Of a DNA stretch of 64,000 nt, positions 36,355 through 50,400 are shown one piece after another. A model generated the notes under the pieces. That model worked only from the letters and a program-made list of their open reading frames with translations. It ran no database searches and was not told the origin of the DNA. How positions within the stretch are numbered: the stretch's first letter is position 1; the number at the start of each line of letters is the position of its first letter. The position numbers and the translations under genes were made by a program. The DNA comes from Octopus sinensis. Its lineage: Eukaryota. Where the stretch lies: assembly GCF_006345805.1 (NCBI RefSeq), contig NC_042998.1, positions 203,856,001-203,920,000 of the forward strand, written 5' to 3'.

Positions 36355-36745
36355 GAAGAAAAATGCTTTCTAATTGATGTATCAATACCAGCAGATGACA
36401 ACGTGTATCTAAAAGAAATGGAGAAACTTTCAAAATACAAAAACCTGGAAATAAAGGTAACTCGAATGCGGAATCTAAAAACAGAAACAATTCCTATCAT
36501 AGTAGGTGCATTAGGCATGATAAAAAAATATTCAGACAAATACATAACAAAAACACCAGGACTTACAAATATATATAACACACAGAAAATTGCACTACTA
36601 GGCACTGCACACATCATACGCAGAACACTTTCCATACAATAACCATCAGAGCATCACAACAAATCACAGCACATACCCAAGGCACACAGAGCTGCGCTCG
36701 GTAGTGAAGTGAAAGTACTTAATAAAAATAAGACTACGGGATAAT
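36355..36745 (+). mobile_element. R4/Dong 3' fragment (same family as 1-3691)
   Basis: Near-identical to 3285-3670, followed by (TAA)n. Confidence 0.92.
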
Positions 36746-36760
36746 AATATTAATAATGAA

Positions 36761-36820
<60 letters not shown>

Positions 36821-36821
<1 letters not shown>

Positions 36822-37375
36822 GCCCTGATGCAGTACCAGGCATTGGCTCTCATGGCTTCTGATCTTAACTGATTGGAAGTGTTATCATGTACATTGTTTT
36901 GTCTTGGTATAAAAGATGGGCTACAGCAAATATTCTGCTCAATACCACAGATTTGCTTGTCAGTTGTTTGACCTTAACCAGTTGAGCATGTCCCTAGTGG
37001 CTGACGATATGTGCATCTCTGATCACGAGCAGAAGTAGTGGGGGAGCATCATAGCCATGTGTTGTGAGGGATTCCTTGGGGTTGAATAGTTCACCTCTGG
37101 AAACATGGGTGGTTCTTTCAACATCCTTAAACAACCCTTATTCAGGGACCGTTTGAGCCGGATGGGCTACTCAACCTGAGAAAATTCTAACTGGGCCCCC
37201 ACCTGCAAGGTCATGTGCTGTTTATCTTGATATGAGATCATCATGTCGCGCACATATGGTTGTGATGCATGTGCCTGGTGTAACCTTTATCAGACAGGTA
37301 GTCATGATGGGTATATTGGGCTTCGTATATTTTACCCCAGTGTCACTTTGATGGCATGAACTGCTCTCTCACTCA
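36821..37375 (+). mobile_element. Element X: ~555-bp non-coding repeat flanked on both sides by (TAA)n
   Basis: Homologous to 38466-39022 (+) and 41982-42464 (-). No ORF. Confidence 0.8.
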
Positions 37376-37419
37376 ATAATAATAATAATAATAATATAAT
37401 AATAATAAAATAATAATAA

Positions 37420-38436
<1,017 letters not shown>

Positions 38437-38465
38437 TAATAATAATAATAATAAAAAATGATAAA

Positions 38466-39022
38466 TCCCCTGATGCAGTACCTCTCAGTGGCTCTCAGGG
38501 CTTTTGATCTTAACTGACTGGAAGTATTATCATGTACATTGTTTTCTCTTGGTATAAAAGATGGGCTACAGCAAATATTCTGCTCAATACCACAGATTTG
38601 CTTGCCAGTTGTTTGACTTTAACCAGTTGAGCATGTCCCTTAGTGGCTGACGATATGTGCATCTCTGATCATGAGCAGAAGTAGTGGGGGAGCATCATAG
38701 CCAAGTGTTGAGAGGGATTCTTTGGGGTTTGAATAATTCACCTCTGGAAACATGGGTGTTTCGTTCAACATCCTTAAACAATCCTTATTCAAGGACCTTT
38801 TAACCGGGATGGGTTACTCGACGAGAAGAAAATTCTAACTGGGCCCCCACCTGCAAGGTCATGTGCTGTTTATCTTGATATGAGATCACCATGTCGCACA
38901 CATATGGTTATGATGCATGTGCCTAGTGTACTCTCATCCGACGGGTAGTCATGATGGGTATACTGGGCTTCGTATATTTTACCCCAGTGTCACTTCGGTG
39001 GCATGCACTAATCTCTCACTCA
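38466..39022 (+). mobile_element. Element X copy 2
   Basis: Same ends as copy 1, (TAA)n flanks. Confidence 0.8.
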
Positions 39023-39024
39023 AC

Positions 39025-39072
<48 letters not shown>

Positions 39073-39097
39073 GATAATGATAATGATGATGATGATG

Positions 39098-39288
39098 ATC
39101 CCGTATAAAAAGAAAATGAAGCATTGTGAGGCGGCAGTGTCGTTGTCTGAGGTAAGTTTTGGGCCATTGTTTCGTATTCAATCAGCTTTGTACAGTTCGA
39201 GTCTGTTGTTACTTGACGGGTTTAATCTTATTACTGAGGATATGCCTTTCTTTCCTTAAATTTACAATGTTCTGCTCACTAACTCTTG
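39098..39288 (-). repeat. Left arm of an inverted pair with 41386-41581 (PLE pseudo-LTR-like)
   Basis: aatcagctttgtacagttcgagtctgttgttacttgacggg...ccttaaattta is the reverse complement of 41410-41490. Confidence 0.8.
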
Positions 39289-39299
39289 ATAACAATAAT

Positions 39300-39422
39300 A
39301 CTGATTCCGAAGAAGAGGAGGAGGAGGAGGATTGTGATGATAAAGAAGGCAACTCGGAAGACGACGACAATGGCGACGACAGTCATCTTGACGACGACGA
39401 TGATGACGACGACGATGATGAC

Positions 39423-39460
<38 letters not shown>

Positions 39461-39462
39461 CA

Positions 39463-39502
<40 letters not shown>

Positions 39503-39680
39503 CGATGAGGATGATGACGACGATGATGATGATGATAATGACGACGACGAAGACGATGATGATGATGATGGTGGTGGTGGTGGTGGTGGTGTTGAATATA
39601 TCTAAAACGTGGTAAAATTTATTCAAATTTCAAAACAACAACAGCAGCAACAACAACAACAACAACAACAATACTGACAA
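39300..39680. repeat. (GAT)n/(GAC)n/(CAA)n trinucleotide microsatellites
   Basis: Directly visible. Confidence 0.95.
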
Positions 39681-40034
39681 TAACAATTTCAGTATGGATG
39701 TCGACAAGGATCACCCGCAACCTTCATTTAGGTGCCTCAACAATCCAATGTGTATCGATATAGTACGAGCAACCCCTTTACCTGGTCCCTGGGCCTGCTA
39801 GAAATAGATCATGGTAGGTTACAGCAAAGCGTTTTTCGTACTTACTGAGATTACAGAATTTTTGTGTGCGCTCAAAGAGTACAGGGAGTACAATGGTTTG
39901 CGAGGCTGTTAAAGGTATTATTTACATTCATCTTGGCAGGGCACAGCCATTACTTCGCAAATTTATTGTCTTATTTCGATCTGTTTACAAGCATTTATAG
40001 AAAACACTGTGCCAGATCCTGTATTAATTTACTG

Positions 40035-40054
40035 CATCATCATCATCATCATTG

Positions 40055-40093
<39 letters not shown>

Positions 40094-40455
40094 CCATCTA
40101 CATCATCATCATCTGCATCATCATCATGATGATCATCATCATGATCATCATCATCACCATCATCTACATCATCATCATCATCATCATCATCATCTACATC
40201 ATCTTCACCATCATCATCATCATCATCATCATCTACATCATCTACATCATCATCCCCATCATCATCATCATCATCTACATCATCGTCATCACCATCATCA
40301 TCATCATCACCACCATCATCATCTAAATCATCATCATCATCATCTAAATCATCATCATCATCATCTACATCATCATCATCATCATCTACATCATCATCAT
40401 TATCTACATCATCATCATCTACATCATCAGCATCATCATCATCATCATCGTCATC
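40035..40455. repeat. (CAT)n microsatellite with CTACAT interruptions
   Basis: Directly visible. Confidence 0.97.
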
Positions 40456-41190
40456 ATTTTCGGCAACTGCTTCTCTTCCCTTTCAATCAAGATTACAAAT
40501 CTGCCGAAGCGGTTTTAGAGTCTTTTGTGCCGTGTACGGAGAAGACGCCATTACTGAAAGAACTGCACAGAAATGGTTTTCACGCTTCAAGGAGGGGAAA
40601 TTCGATCTCACAGACTCTCCATTTTCCGGCCAACTTGTTCAGTTCAAGGAGGATCGACTGAATGAACTCATCCACGAGGGTCCGCAGTAACCCTCTTGGG
40701 AATTGGCCGATCGGATGGGATGTTCCCATGATACTATCATCCGTCACCACTCGATAGGCAATCTGGCTGAAACCACCCGACCGGCCACACCACTGCTTGT
40801 CCCCACACCACCAATTTGACCGAAATTGCTCTTAAATAAGAGCTCGACTGCGAAGTTCTGCCGCGCCCATTATATTGTCTGATATTACACCTTCAGATTA
40901 TAACCTTTTTCACCCATTCCTCAACAGTCTGCGAGGTGTTTCGTTCAACAATGACACGGATCTGAAAATGCAGCTCGATGAATTCTTCGAATCGAAACCC
41001 GAGGAATTCTATTGTTCAGACATTGACAAACTGGTGGAACGTTGGCAAAAAGTCGTGGACAATGAGTGAGAATATATTATTGACTGAAATGTTAAATAAT
41101 TCGATAAAAATATAGGGATTGAAATAAATGACAAAAACTACAACAAAAAAAAAAACGAAACACTTTATCTGAGAACCGAACGTTCTCCGA
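40450..41190 (+). mobile_element. Internally deleted mariner (Tc1/mariner) transposon
   Basis: HFRQLLLF..., YGEDAITERTAQKWF.RFKEGKFDL (HTH). After a deletion: DITPSDYNLF (YSPDLAPSDY-like), KLVERWQKVVDN..YIID. Confidence 0.88.
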
Positions 41191-41385
41191 AACCCCTAAA
41201 TCTGGGAAAATAAAGCAAAACAGAAGTTTCATATTTGTCTACCACAAATAGAGAATGTAATAAATATGCCGGATTTTAGAACAGGGGCCCCCTTCATAAA
41301 CTCTACATTTACATTATAGAACACTTCGACACATGGTTTTGTAAAAAAGAAATATCCGTAGAAATTGCACACTCAAGACATCAGT

Positions 41386-41700
41386 TAAGAGTCAGTGAGC
41401 AGAACACTGTAAATTTAAGGAAAGAAAGACATATCCTCAGTAATAAGATTAAACCCGTCAAGTAACAACAGACTCGAACTGTACAAAGCTGATTAAATTC
41501 GAAACAATGGCTCAATACTTACATATCTCAGAAAAATGACACTGTCTCGTCAAACACTCCATTTTCTTTTGATAAGGGGATTTTAATCTCGAAACGTAAA
41601 ATAAAAAGCATAATGCAGCTGTTTCTCTTTGTTTTGCTTTTGTTTCTCTTCTCGTTTCATTCGAGTATTTCCAATTTGCAATATATTGTCTTGCTAAAAC
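41386..41700 (+). repeat. Right arm, with a degenerate U3-A8 hammerhead motif at 41563-41604
   Basis: uu UUGAUAA g GGGAUU-uu-AAUCUC GAAAC GUA aa. Stem I is weak. Confidence 0.55.
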
Positions 41701-41981
41701 AATTCCAATTCTATCTCGCAATTCTTCATATAAATTATATTACTCCAAGAAAATATTGCGTTTGAACATTCCTCGCTTTCATCTTCAGCCTCATCGTTCG
41801 CTTTTTCTTATGAAAATATAATTAATTAGTGTCTATGGAATAACACACAACCACCTACATTATTACTGATTGTGGTGAAATGTCTATCGTTCAATTACTT
41901 CAACAGTCGATGTTTATTAAATAATTCAGAATCGACATCCAACAAAGAAATGGAAAAAAGAATCATTATTATTATTATTAT

Positions 41982-42462
41982 TGAGTGAGAGATCAGTGCA
42001 TGCCATCAAAGTGACACCGGGGTAAAATATGCGAAGCCCAGTATACCCATCATGAGTACCCGTCTGACAAGGGTACACCAGGCACATGCATCACAACCAT
42101 ATGTGCGCAACATGGTGATCTCATATCAAGATAAACAGCGCATGACCTTGCGGGTGGGGTCCAGTCAGAATTTTCTTCAGGTTGAGTAACCCCTGCCACT
42201 CGAAAGGTCCCTGAATAAGGGATGTTGAGCAAAACACTTATGTTTCCAAAGGTGAATTATTCAAACCCCAAAGAATCCCTCTCAACACATGGCTATGATG
42301 CTCCCCCACTACTTCTGCTCGTGATCAGAGATGCACATATCGTCAGCCACTAAGGGACATGCTCAACTGGTTGAGGTCAAACAACTGACAAATAAATCTG
42401 TGGTATTGAGCAGAATATTTGCTGTAGCCCATTTTTTATACCAAGACAAAACAATGTACATG

Positions 42463-42464
<2 letters not shown>
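41982..42464 (-). mobile_element. Element X copy 3, 5'-truncated by ~65 bp
   Basis: Reverse complement of 36886-37375, with (TTA)n on both sides. Confidence 0.8.
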
Positions 42465-42531
<67 letters not shown>

Positions 42532-42753
42532 TTGGTTTCTAGTACAGGGTGAAGCAAAAATTCTAATTAAAACTTTCAACAACAAACACAAGACGTACTT
42601 TAGACTAAACTATGAGAATAACTGCAGAAAACGATAAAACATTATCTACGTGAAGATACTGTCGAGATGTTATTGGCTGTCACAATATGTCACGGGTGTA
42701 TTATGATGTTTAGTAGTTGCAGCTAAGAGATCTGGTTGAGTTAATGAATGAAA

Positions 42754-43282
42754 ATGTGTTCCTGGGCCGCGTGAAGAAGTAACTGATCGACATCCGCGCA
42801 TAAAGACAATCTACGTTGGCCTTTTTCAGTTAACAACAACAGTAATAGCAGAATGGATGAGACACACTGCTCTGAGATTACAAAAATTTATTGGTACAGC
42901 AACATGTTGTTTGCCCAACATATCTGAAAACAATTGTGCTATCTTCGTGGTGACGGAGGTTCTGGGTCATCTCTCTGAGCCGTCTGTCTTAGCCGTCTTC
43001 CTGGGTTGTCTGCCTAGACCGTTTGACTGGGCCGTCTGACCGTCTGGCTGCGCAGTCTGGTGTGGCAAGAATCGAAATACAAATCGTTCAGCTGCCTCAA
43101 CATTCTTCGATTAAATAGAGCCAAAGGCGGTCTTTTCTAGGGTACATGAAGAAGATTCTAGAAGAATAATTCATACGAAGGTTTGACGCTGATTGGATAA
43201 TAGACCGATCACGTGAAACTATTGTGGTCCGGTCGTGGTGCCTGACCGATTACCTAGTAGTTCAGTTTCGAATCACGTTACA
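42754..43282 (-). mobile_element. Possible solo LTR
   Basis: Minus strand begins TGTAAC and ends ACA, with CCAAT, a TATA-like ctatttaat and AATAAA in order. No TSD found. Confidence 0.4.
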
Positions 43283-44129
43283 GTATAATTCACACCCGCC
43301 TAACTTTACTAGTGCCACGATAATGGTCATGTAGAATCTGGATGGTTCTTCTCTCGCATTCCGAAGTAACATTACTATTTACAAACACTTCTATTGTAAG
43401 CCAAAAATCACTTTGACACCAGCACTTCAAATCAAACTAAATCAATATTTTAATAGAAAATTGGATTTTTTTACTATATTCAGGAAAAGATATTCGTAAC
43501 TCTGGGATCTAATTTGCGTGATATCACTGAAACTCATATTTTCTTTCTCTCGGACTCTGCTGCCCCAAAAGATCTCATCTGCCCTTCCAGGGGTCTTGTT
43601 TTTTATCCTGCTGGGCGTCCAGACAACCTCCGTCCTTACAAGAATAGCAAGCTGCTCGAGTGGGGGAGTTGAATAACTCGACCGTGGAACAGGCAGTACT
43701 GGGTCACATGGTACCGAGCAGCAGGTCTCATCAGTCTATGATGAAATCCTTGATTGGCTGCCGTCCAGTTGGCAAAGGCGATCTCAAACCACAATATCCT
43801 TGCCATGAAAACTACCAGAAAGTCAGAACGAACTAACGCTATGGCTTCTTACGGTGACAGATCTCGCGATTAATTGCTAACACTTTCGTCCCAGTACCAT
43901 CAATATGCTGCAATAAGCGTATGATACATGACGACGACGATGACGGCGATAATATTGCACTCCATCTCTCCTTATCAAGTTTGGCTCTTGTTTTAGCTTA
44001 CCCACCTCACTCTTTTCTCGTTGTTATGCGCCTGCTTCTCTTTCTCTGTCTCTGTCTCTGTCTGTCTGTATGACTCTCTCTCTCTCCTCTCTCGCTCTCT
44101 CTCTCTTCTACTCTTTCTCGTCCTGATGT

Positions 44130-46045
44130 CTTTTATGTTTTTTATTGGAAGATGTCCCTCCTGATTTCTAGTGTCCCTAAACTTCTTCCATATGCTTTCA
44201 GGTCCGTCCTCCACTTCGCCATACTTTTTCCAAGCAATCGCTCAACATTCGATGCAATCCCAAACAGGTTCATACATTCCATATTCGAAGAATGTCGGAT
44301 CATATCGTACGCCTTACAATAATCGACCCATGACATGGCTAAGCTACTATTCCTGCTCTTGCAGTCTCTAAGTACAGGAGTCGATCCTTAGTACCTCTGC
44401 ATTTACGCTTGCAACCCTTCTTTTCATAATGCAGGACTCCATTTTTTTCCAGATATTCGTACTCTGCGACTATTCTAGTTAATAATTTCCACATAAGTAG
44501 CAAACAGGATATCGACCTGTAATTATCTACTGTATTGCCTTTTTCGATGATATTTTTGGCTTTAGATGTTTTTCAAGCACAGCACTGTCCTACCCATTGT
44601 CAACCACTCTGGTGTTACTTGTTCGGCATTTAACAAGGTGTTGAGTTGTGCAGCCTTTCGGGCATGACATTCACTAAATCTTTGATCCAGTAGCCTTAAA
44701 CTCCATCTGGACCCGGGTCTTTCCAGTTGCCCATTTCTTTCTTTTTTTTGTTTGTTTGTTTTTTTTTTTTGCTGATTTTTTTTTTCACTTCCATGACTGA
44801 AATGACTACTTCTGCCCGTTTTGGACAGACTATTGTTTGTTTCAGTTCTTGCAACCATTCAACTTCCTTCTTGTGCTCCTTGTCTTTTCTCTTGATATCA
44901 CTCCAAAACATTTGACTTTCCATGTTATCTGGTATCAACTTTCCATCCGTACATTCTTCATTTATTTCTTTGCAGAATCACTTCTTATCTATTCTGAATA
45001 ATCTATTCTACTGGTATCCCTTCATTCTTTGGTCCTATCTTACCACCTTTGCTTTCTTTGGAACGAGGCACTGTTTCAGTTCCTCCATTACCATCTTCAG
45101 GCCTTCTCTTTCAATATCATACTTCCTGTTCAGTGCCCTTTTCTTCGCTTTTAAGTTCCATCTTCTCTTTTCAGTCTAGCACAGAAATGTCCTTCGGGAA
45201 CAGGTCTAACCCTGCCTGGATTCTGCTTTTCTTTTTCTTTTTTTTTTTGTCACTCCCATTATATTTCTTTTTCTTGACATCAATACCCACATTTTCTGCT
45301 ACAACAATACTTGCCTTGATCAAATTATTTGTTTCTGTGATTTTTTTTGTTCTGATGTATTTCAGAATTTCATTTTTGTTTCTTTGTTTCTTGGTTCAAT
45401 TTCCATCGATCAACCTTTTTAAGCAAATAACTTTCTCCTGTAGCCTTGCCTTTATTCTGTCGTGGTTTGCTTTTGCCCATCTGCCATGCCACCATTTGTT
45501 TTATTCTCTTCTTCCAAACCATCTACACGTTCCCTTCTTTCCTGTGGTTTATTAGAGATTTCCCCTCTGTTTTCTTCTGTGAGATTACTTTTATCAGTAG
45601 GAACGGATAAAAGTAACATCACAGCTGCTGTTTTCCTCTGCTGCTGTCTTCCAATACCCGTCTTTTCATGGCTTCGAGCTCTACTTTTGTGAACCAACGG
45701 TTTTTCTTATTGCTCCAGCTTGGTCACATAATCTCTGTTCCGTTAGTTGAAACATTCCTCTTTCTCTCCATTCATCATACATACGTTGTCGGTATTTCCT
45801 GATATGAACACCATTCTCATCTACAGGGCTTCTAACATAGTAACACTCCATGAACACAGCATTGACTTGTATATTCCATGTACGCCGTGTGTGCTGGTCC
45901 TTTGCTGGATAACGACAGACTGGAGTCAGACCAGTATCTCTGAGCCTGCCCTTTGAAAAACTGTCCCCATCAAGGGCTTCAGTTTCATTACCACCGTTAT
46001 TCACAATATTTTGCTTTTTCAATGTCACTCATATGAGGTAGCGAT
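44130..46045 (-). mobile_element. 5' half of a second R4/Dong-type family, decayed
   Basis: RRTWN...FMECYY...[67 protein letters not shown]. (TAA)n lies upstream on the sense strand. Confidence 0.88.
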
Positions 46046-46332
46046 TATTAGGTTTATTATTATTATCTTTTTTTCTTCTTTCAAATTTGCTTCCATTTCT
46101 TGCCGAGTGTCTTCCCGACTCCTAGGGCAAAGAAACTCATAGTATACATTGGTAGGCCATTAAACTAAACTCAATAGCTCGTTCGTTTTGTTTTTTTTTA
46201 AGTTAAATTAAAATACATGGGTAGTAATAATTCTCACATCGACAATGCTCTTCTCAATACGTGTGATGTACCAGTTAAGACAATCTTTTGCACTTCTTGC
46301 AGGGATGGTAAGCCAGGGATCATTCTCATATA

Positions 46333-46374
<42 letters not shown>

Positions 46375-46580
46375 CTGGCAGAATCATTAGCATGCTGGAC
46401 GAAATGCTTAGCGGTATTTCGTCCTTCTTTACGTTCTGAGTTCAAATTCTCCCGAAGTCAACTTTGCTTTATCCTTTTGGTGTTGATAAATTAAGTACCA
46501 GTTAAATACTTGGGTCAATGTAACCGACTAACCCCCTCCTCCAAATTTTAGGCGTTGTACCTATCGTAGAAAGGATTGTT
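46375..46580 (+). mobile_element. SINE-C
   Basis: gctggcagaatcattagcatgctggacgaaatgcttagcggtatttcg... Confidence 0.75.
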
Positions 46581-46846
46581 TTCATTATTATCCTCATTTC
46601 CATATTCTCTTCCTTTAACTGGAGTCAACGGTTTCATCTCGCATGGATCAATCCGTTGCCCTGTCTTAGACACATAACAAGCGACGGAATTGGATTAGCG
46701 ATAATTGTAAGAACCAAAAATCTTCCAAGAGTTTTGGCAGAGTAAATTGAATAATTTAATAAATTTAATAATTTGCACTAGAAGCTTGCCAATAACAGAA
46801 AGATGACATTTACATACATATATGGACATAAACATAAATACATATG

Positions 46847-46885
<39 letters not shown>

Positions 46886-47389
46886 TATAACATTATGAAC
46901 GATACGGGTAAAAACGTTGGCTTCGAACTCATTTTAAAATTTAATTTCTGGTTTTCGTAGTAATGTTGCAATCATCTTAAACTTGCTTGACTTCCGTTTT
47001 GCCACAGAGAAAAAAATCGTTGGTTTTAAAATATCTATTTTTTGTTTTATCCATATATGGCGGTGCCCCAGCATGGCCACAGCTCGTGAGCTGAAACTAG
47101 ATAAAATATTTTTTTTAAAATATTTTTTGTATGTTTTAATACGTGTGTGTGCGTGTCCAAAGGTGCGTATATATATGCGCGTAAGGACGCATGCGTATAT
47201 GATTCTGCATGTATGTATGTATATGTATATATATATATGTGTGTGTGTGTTTATTCTGTGTTTACCTCTCCGTAACTTAGCGGTTCGGCAACACTGTTCA
47301 AGGCGCTGCTCCAGCATGGCCTCAAACTAATGACACAAATAAATAAAAAGTCAACGATAAAATTTAACACGAATTCATCGACATTTACC

Positions 47390-47835
47390 TACGCCTTTCC
47401 TTTCCTTTCTTTCTCTTTCTTTCTTTCTTTCTTCCTTCCTTTTATTTATTATTTTCTTTCGTTCTTTCTTTCTTTTATTTATGTCTTTCATTTCTTCCTT
47501 TCTTTTATTTATTACTTTCTTTCTTTCTTTCTTTCTTTTATATCTTTCTTTCTTTTTTCTTTCTTTCATTTCTTTCTTTCCTTTCTTTCTTTCCTTTCTT
47601 TTCTTTATTTATTTTCTGTTTCTTTTCTTTCTTTACTTTCTTTTATTTATTTAAATTTATTTATTTATTTTCTTTCTTTTCTTTCCTTCTTTCATTTCTT
47701 TTCTTCTTTCCTTTCTTTCTTCCTTCCTTTCATCTCTTTTATTTATTCATTATTTATTTCTTCTTTCTTTTCTTCCTATTCTTTCTTTCTTTCTTTCTTC
47801 CTTTCATTCCTTTTATTTATTTATTTGTTGTTTTT
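47390..47835. repeat. Long (TTTC)n/(TTTA)n polypyrimidine tract
   Basis: Directly visible. Confidence 0.95.
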
Positions 47836-48094
47836 TTAATCTCATTTACTCAATCAATGTGGCGAATATTTTAAGTTCTCTCTGTGTTTTTTTCTTTTAT
47901 TGTTATTAAAGAAATGTAAACTGCAAATATTCTCATTCGGTCGCTAAAATAACATAAAATAAAATATCCGCTTAATGAAAGGTTAAGGTATTACCTGGAA
48001 TAACGCCAGGTAAGAAAACAATTTACTAAAAAGTAAAAATTCTAAATAAAAAATATTTCAATCTGGAATTTCGGGCGATAAGTAATGTGAATAA

Positions 48095-48510
48095 TACAGG
48101 CGCAGGAGTGGCTGTGTGGTAAGTAAACCAACCACATGGTTCTGGGTTCAGTCCCACTGCGTGGCATCTTGGGCAAGTGTCTTCTGCTATAGCCCCGGGC
48201 CGACCAATGACTTGTGAGTGGATTTGGTAGACGGAAACTGAAAGAAGCCTGTCGTATATATGCATATATAATATATATATATATGTATGTGTGTGTGTTT
48301 GTGTGTCTGTGTTTGTCCCCCTAGCATTGCTTGACAACCGATGCTGGTGTGTTTACGTCCCGTCACTTAGCGGTTCGGCAAAAGAGACCGATAGAATAAG
48401 TACTGGGCTTGCAAAGAATAAGTCCCGGGGTCGATTTGCTCGACTAAAAAAGGCGGTGCTCCATCATGGCCGCAGTCAAATGACTGAAACAAGTAAAAGA
48501 GTAAAAGAGT
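48095..48510 (+). mobile_element. SINE-A, full length
   Basis: Homology along the whole length. Confidence 0.87.
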
Positions 48511-49459
48511 ATATGTGGCGGTGCAAAAAGCGCCGTCTTTTATCTTTTACTCGCTTCAATCATTGGACTGCGGCCATACTGGGGCACCGCCTTAAAGAGG
48601 GGTTTTAGTCGAACATTTAGACCCTCTGCATTTATTTTTAATTTGGCGCTCACTCTATCGGTTCGTTAAGCGAACCGCTACGTTGCAGGGAGGGACAGAA
48701 ACCAGTACCGGTTGTGAAGAATTGCAGATGAAGATGCACAGATAAAAACACGCATTACAGGTATGTGTGTGATGTGTGTGCGTATGTATGCGTGTATGCA
48801 TGTGTGTGTACATGTGTGTGCGTGTGTGTATGTGTATGTATGTAGTATGTATGTATGTATGTATGTATGTATGTATGTATGTATGTATGTATGTATGTAT
48901 AAACGGAATAGAGGGCATTAAAACATTCGGACAGACAGACGATACAAAGGCGGACAAGAGAAAGAACAATTAGAAGGACAGGCGAAATAAAGACGGGTCA
49001 TTCTTGGCTTTCTTTCATCAGTCAAGTTCCAGAAGTCAGACCATTTCGGGCAAGGGCGAAATAAGGCCTATCTGCAATACTTGAAAATGCCGAGGCACTC
49101 GGATACTACCGAAAATCTCCAAAATAAAACTTCACGTGGGTCGTTTTTCGCCCTTGCTCCCTTAATAAAATTATATACATATATAATTATTAATTTAATT
49201 ATATATATGTATATCAAATTAAATACACAACCGAAAGAGCTGCTTATAGTTTCATGCTTTTATGATACTTGAACGGGCATATCTATAAAATACGCCATGT
49301 ATCTTAAAGCAATCTTTCAGGCTCTCTGTTTATGCGTTTTGTGTGTTTGTGTGTGTGTGGGGGGGTGTAGTCCCCGAGACCATTTGATAACCGGTGTTGG
49401 TGTGTTTACATCTCAGTAAGTTTGCGATTCTGCAAAAGAAATCGATACAACATGTATCA

Positions 49460-50400
49460 GACTGGAATTAATTTAATCGACCCCGAAAGGGTGAAAGGCA
49501 AAGTCCACCCCGGCGGAATTTGAACTCAGAACGTAAAGACAGGCGAAATACTGCTAAGCATTTCGCCCGGCATGCTAACATTTCTGCCAGCTCGCCGCCT
49601 TGCGCTGCTAACAATATTTGTTCATTGCCTACAGGGGGCTAAACATAGAGTGGTCAAACAAGGACAGACAAACTGATAAAGTCGATTAAAATCGACACCA
49701 GTGCGTAACTGGTACTTGTTTAATCGACCCCGAAAGGATGAAAGGCAAAATCGACCTCGGCGGAATTGAGAACTAAAAGGGAGACGAAATACTGTTAAGC
49801 ATTTCGTGCGGCGTGCTAACGTTTCTGCCAGCTCGCCGCCCTACAACCATTGAAATATCAAGTGATGAAGTATTTATAACGTGATCTTTAGATTCTTTTC
49901 ATTTCTCTTATATTTACGGCATCAGAGGCTTTTTCGTTTCGTTTCCGAACACACAGGCGTATTTATATAACATTGCTTTCAGGTTTTGACACAAGACTTG
50001 AAAGTTCGTGAGAAGAGACAGATCGATTACAAGGATACCCAATACTCAGCTCATACTTATTTCATTGACTGCGAAAGGATAAAAAGGAAAGCCCACCTTA
50101 GCGGGATTTGAACTGAGAACGAAATACCTATTTCTTTATTACCCACAAGGGGCTAAACATAGAGGGGGCAAACAAGGACAGACATAGGTATTAAGTCAAT
50201 TACATCGACCCCAGTGCGTAACTAGTACTTAATTTATCGACCCCGGAAGGATGAAAGGCAAAGTCGACCTCGGCGGAATTTGAACTCACAACGTAACGGC
50301 AGACGAAATACCGCAAAGCATTTCGCCCGGCGTGCTAACGTTTCTGCCAGCTCGCCAATACCGCTAAACATTTTTTCCGGCCTGCTGACCATTCTGCTGG
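49460..50400 (-). mobile_element. Cluster of at least four co-oriented SINE-C copies, one nested
   Basis: gaaaggcaaagtcgacctcggcggaatttgaactc recurs at ~49495, 49740, 50085 and 50250. Confidence 0.8.

Noticed and set aside
39159-40661. Poly-Asp, poly-Met, poly-His and poly-Ile ORFs
   Set aside because: (GAT)n and (CAT)n microsatellites are open in several frames by construction.
43690-43740. Minus-strand CUGAUGA gacc...gguc
   Set aside because: Followed by GAGUU rather than GAAA. No HDV-like fold could be completed either.
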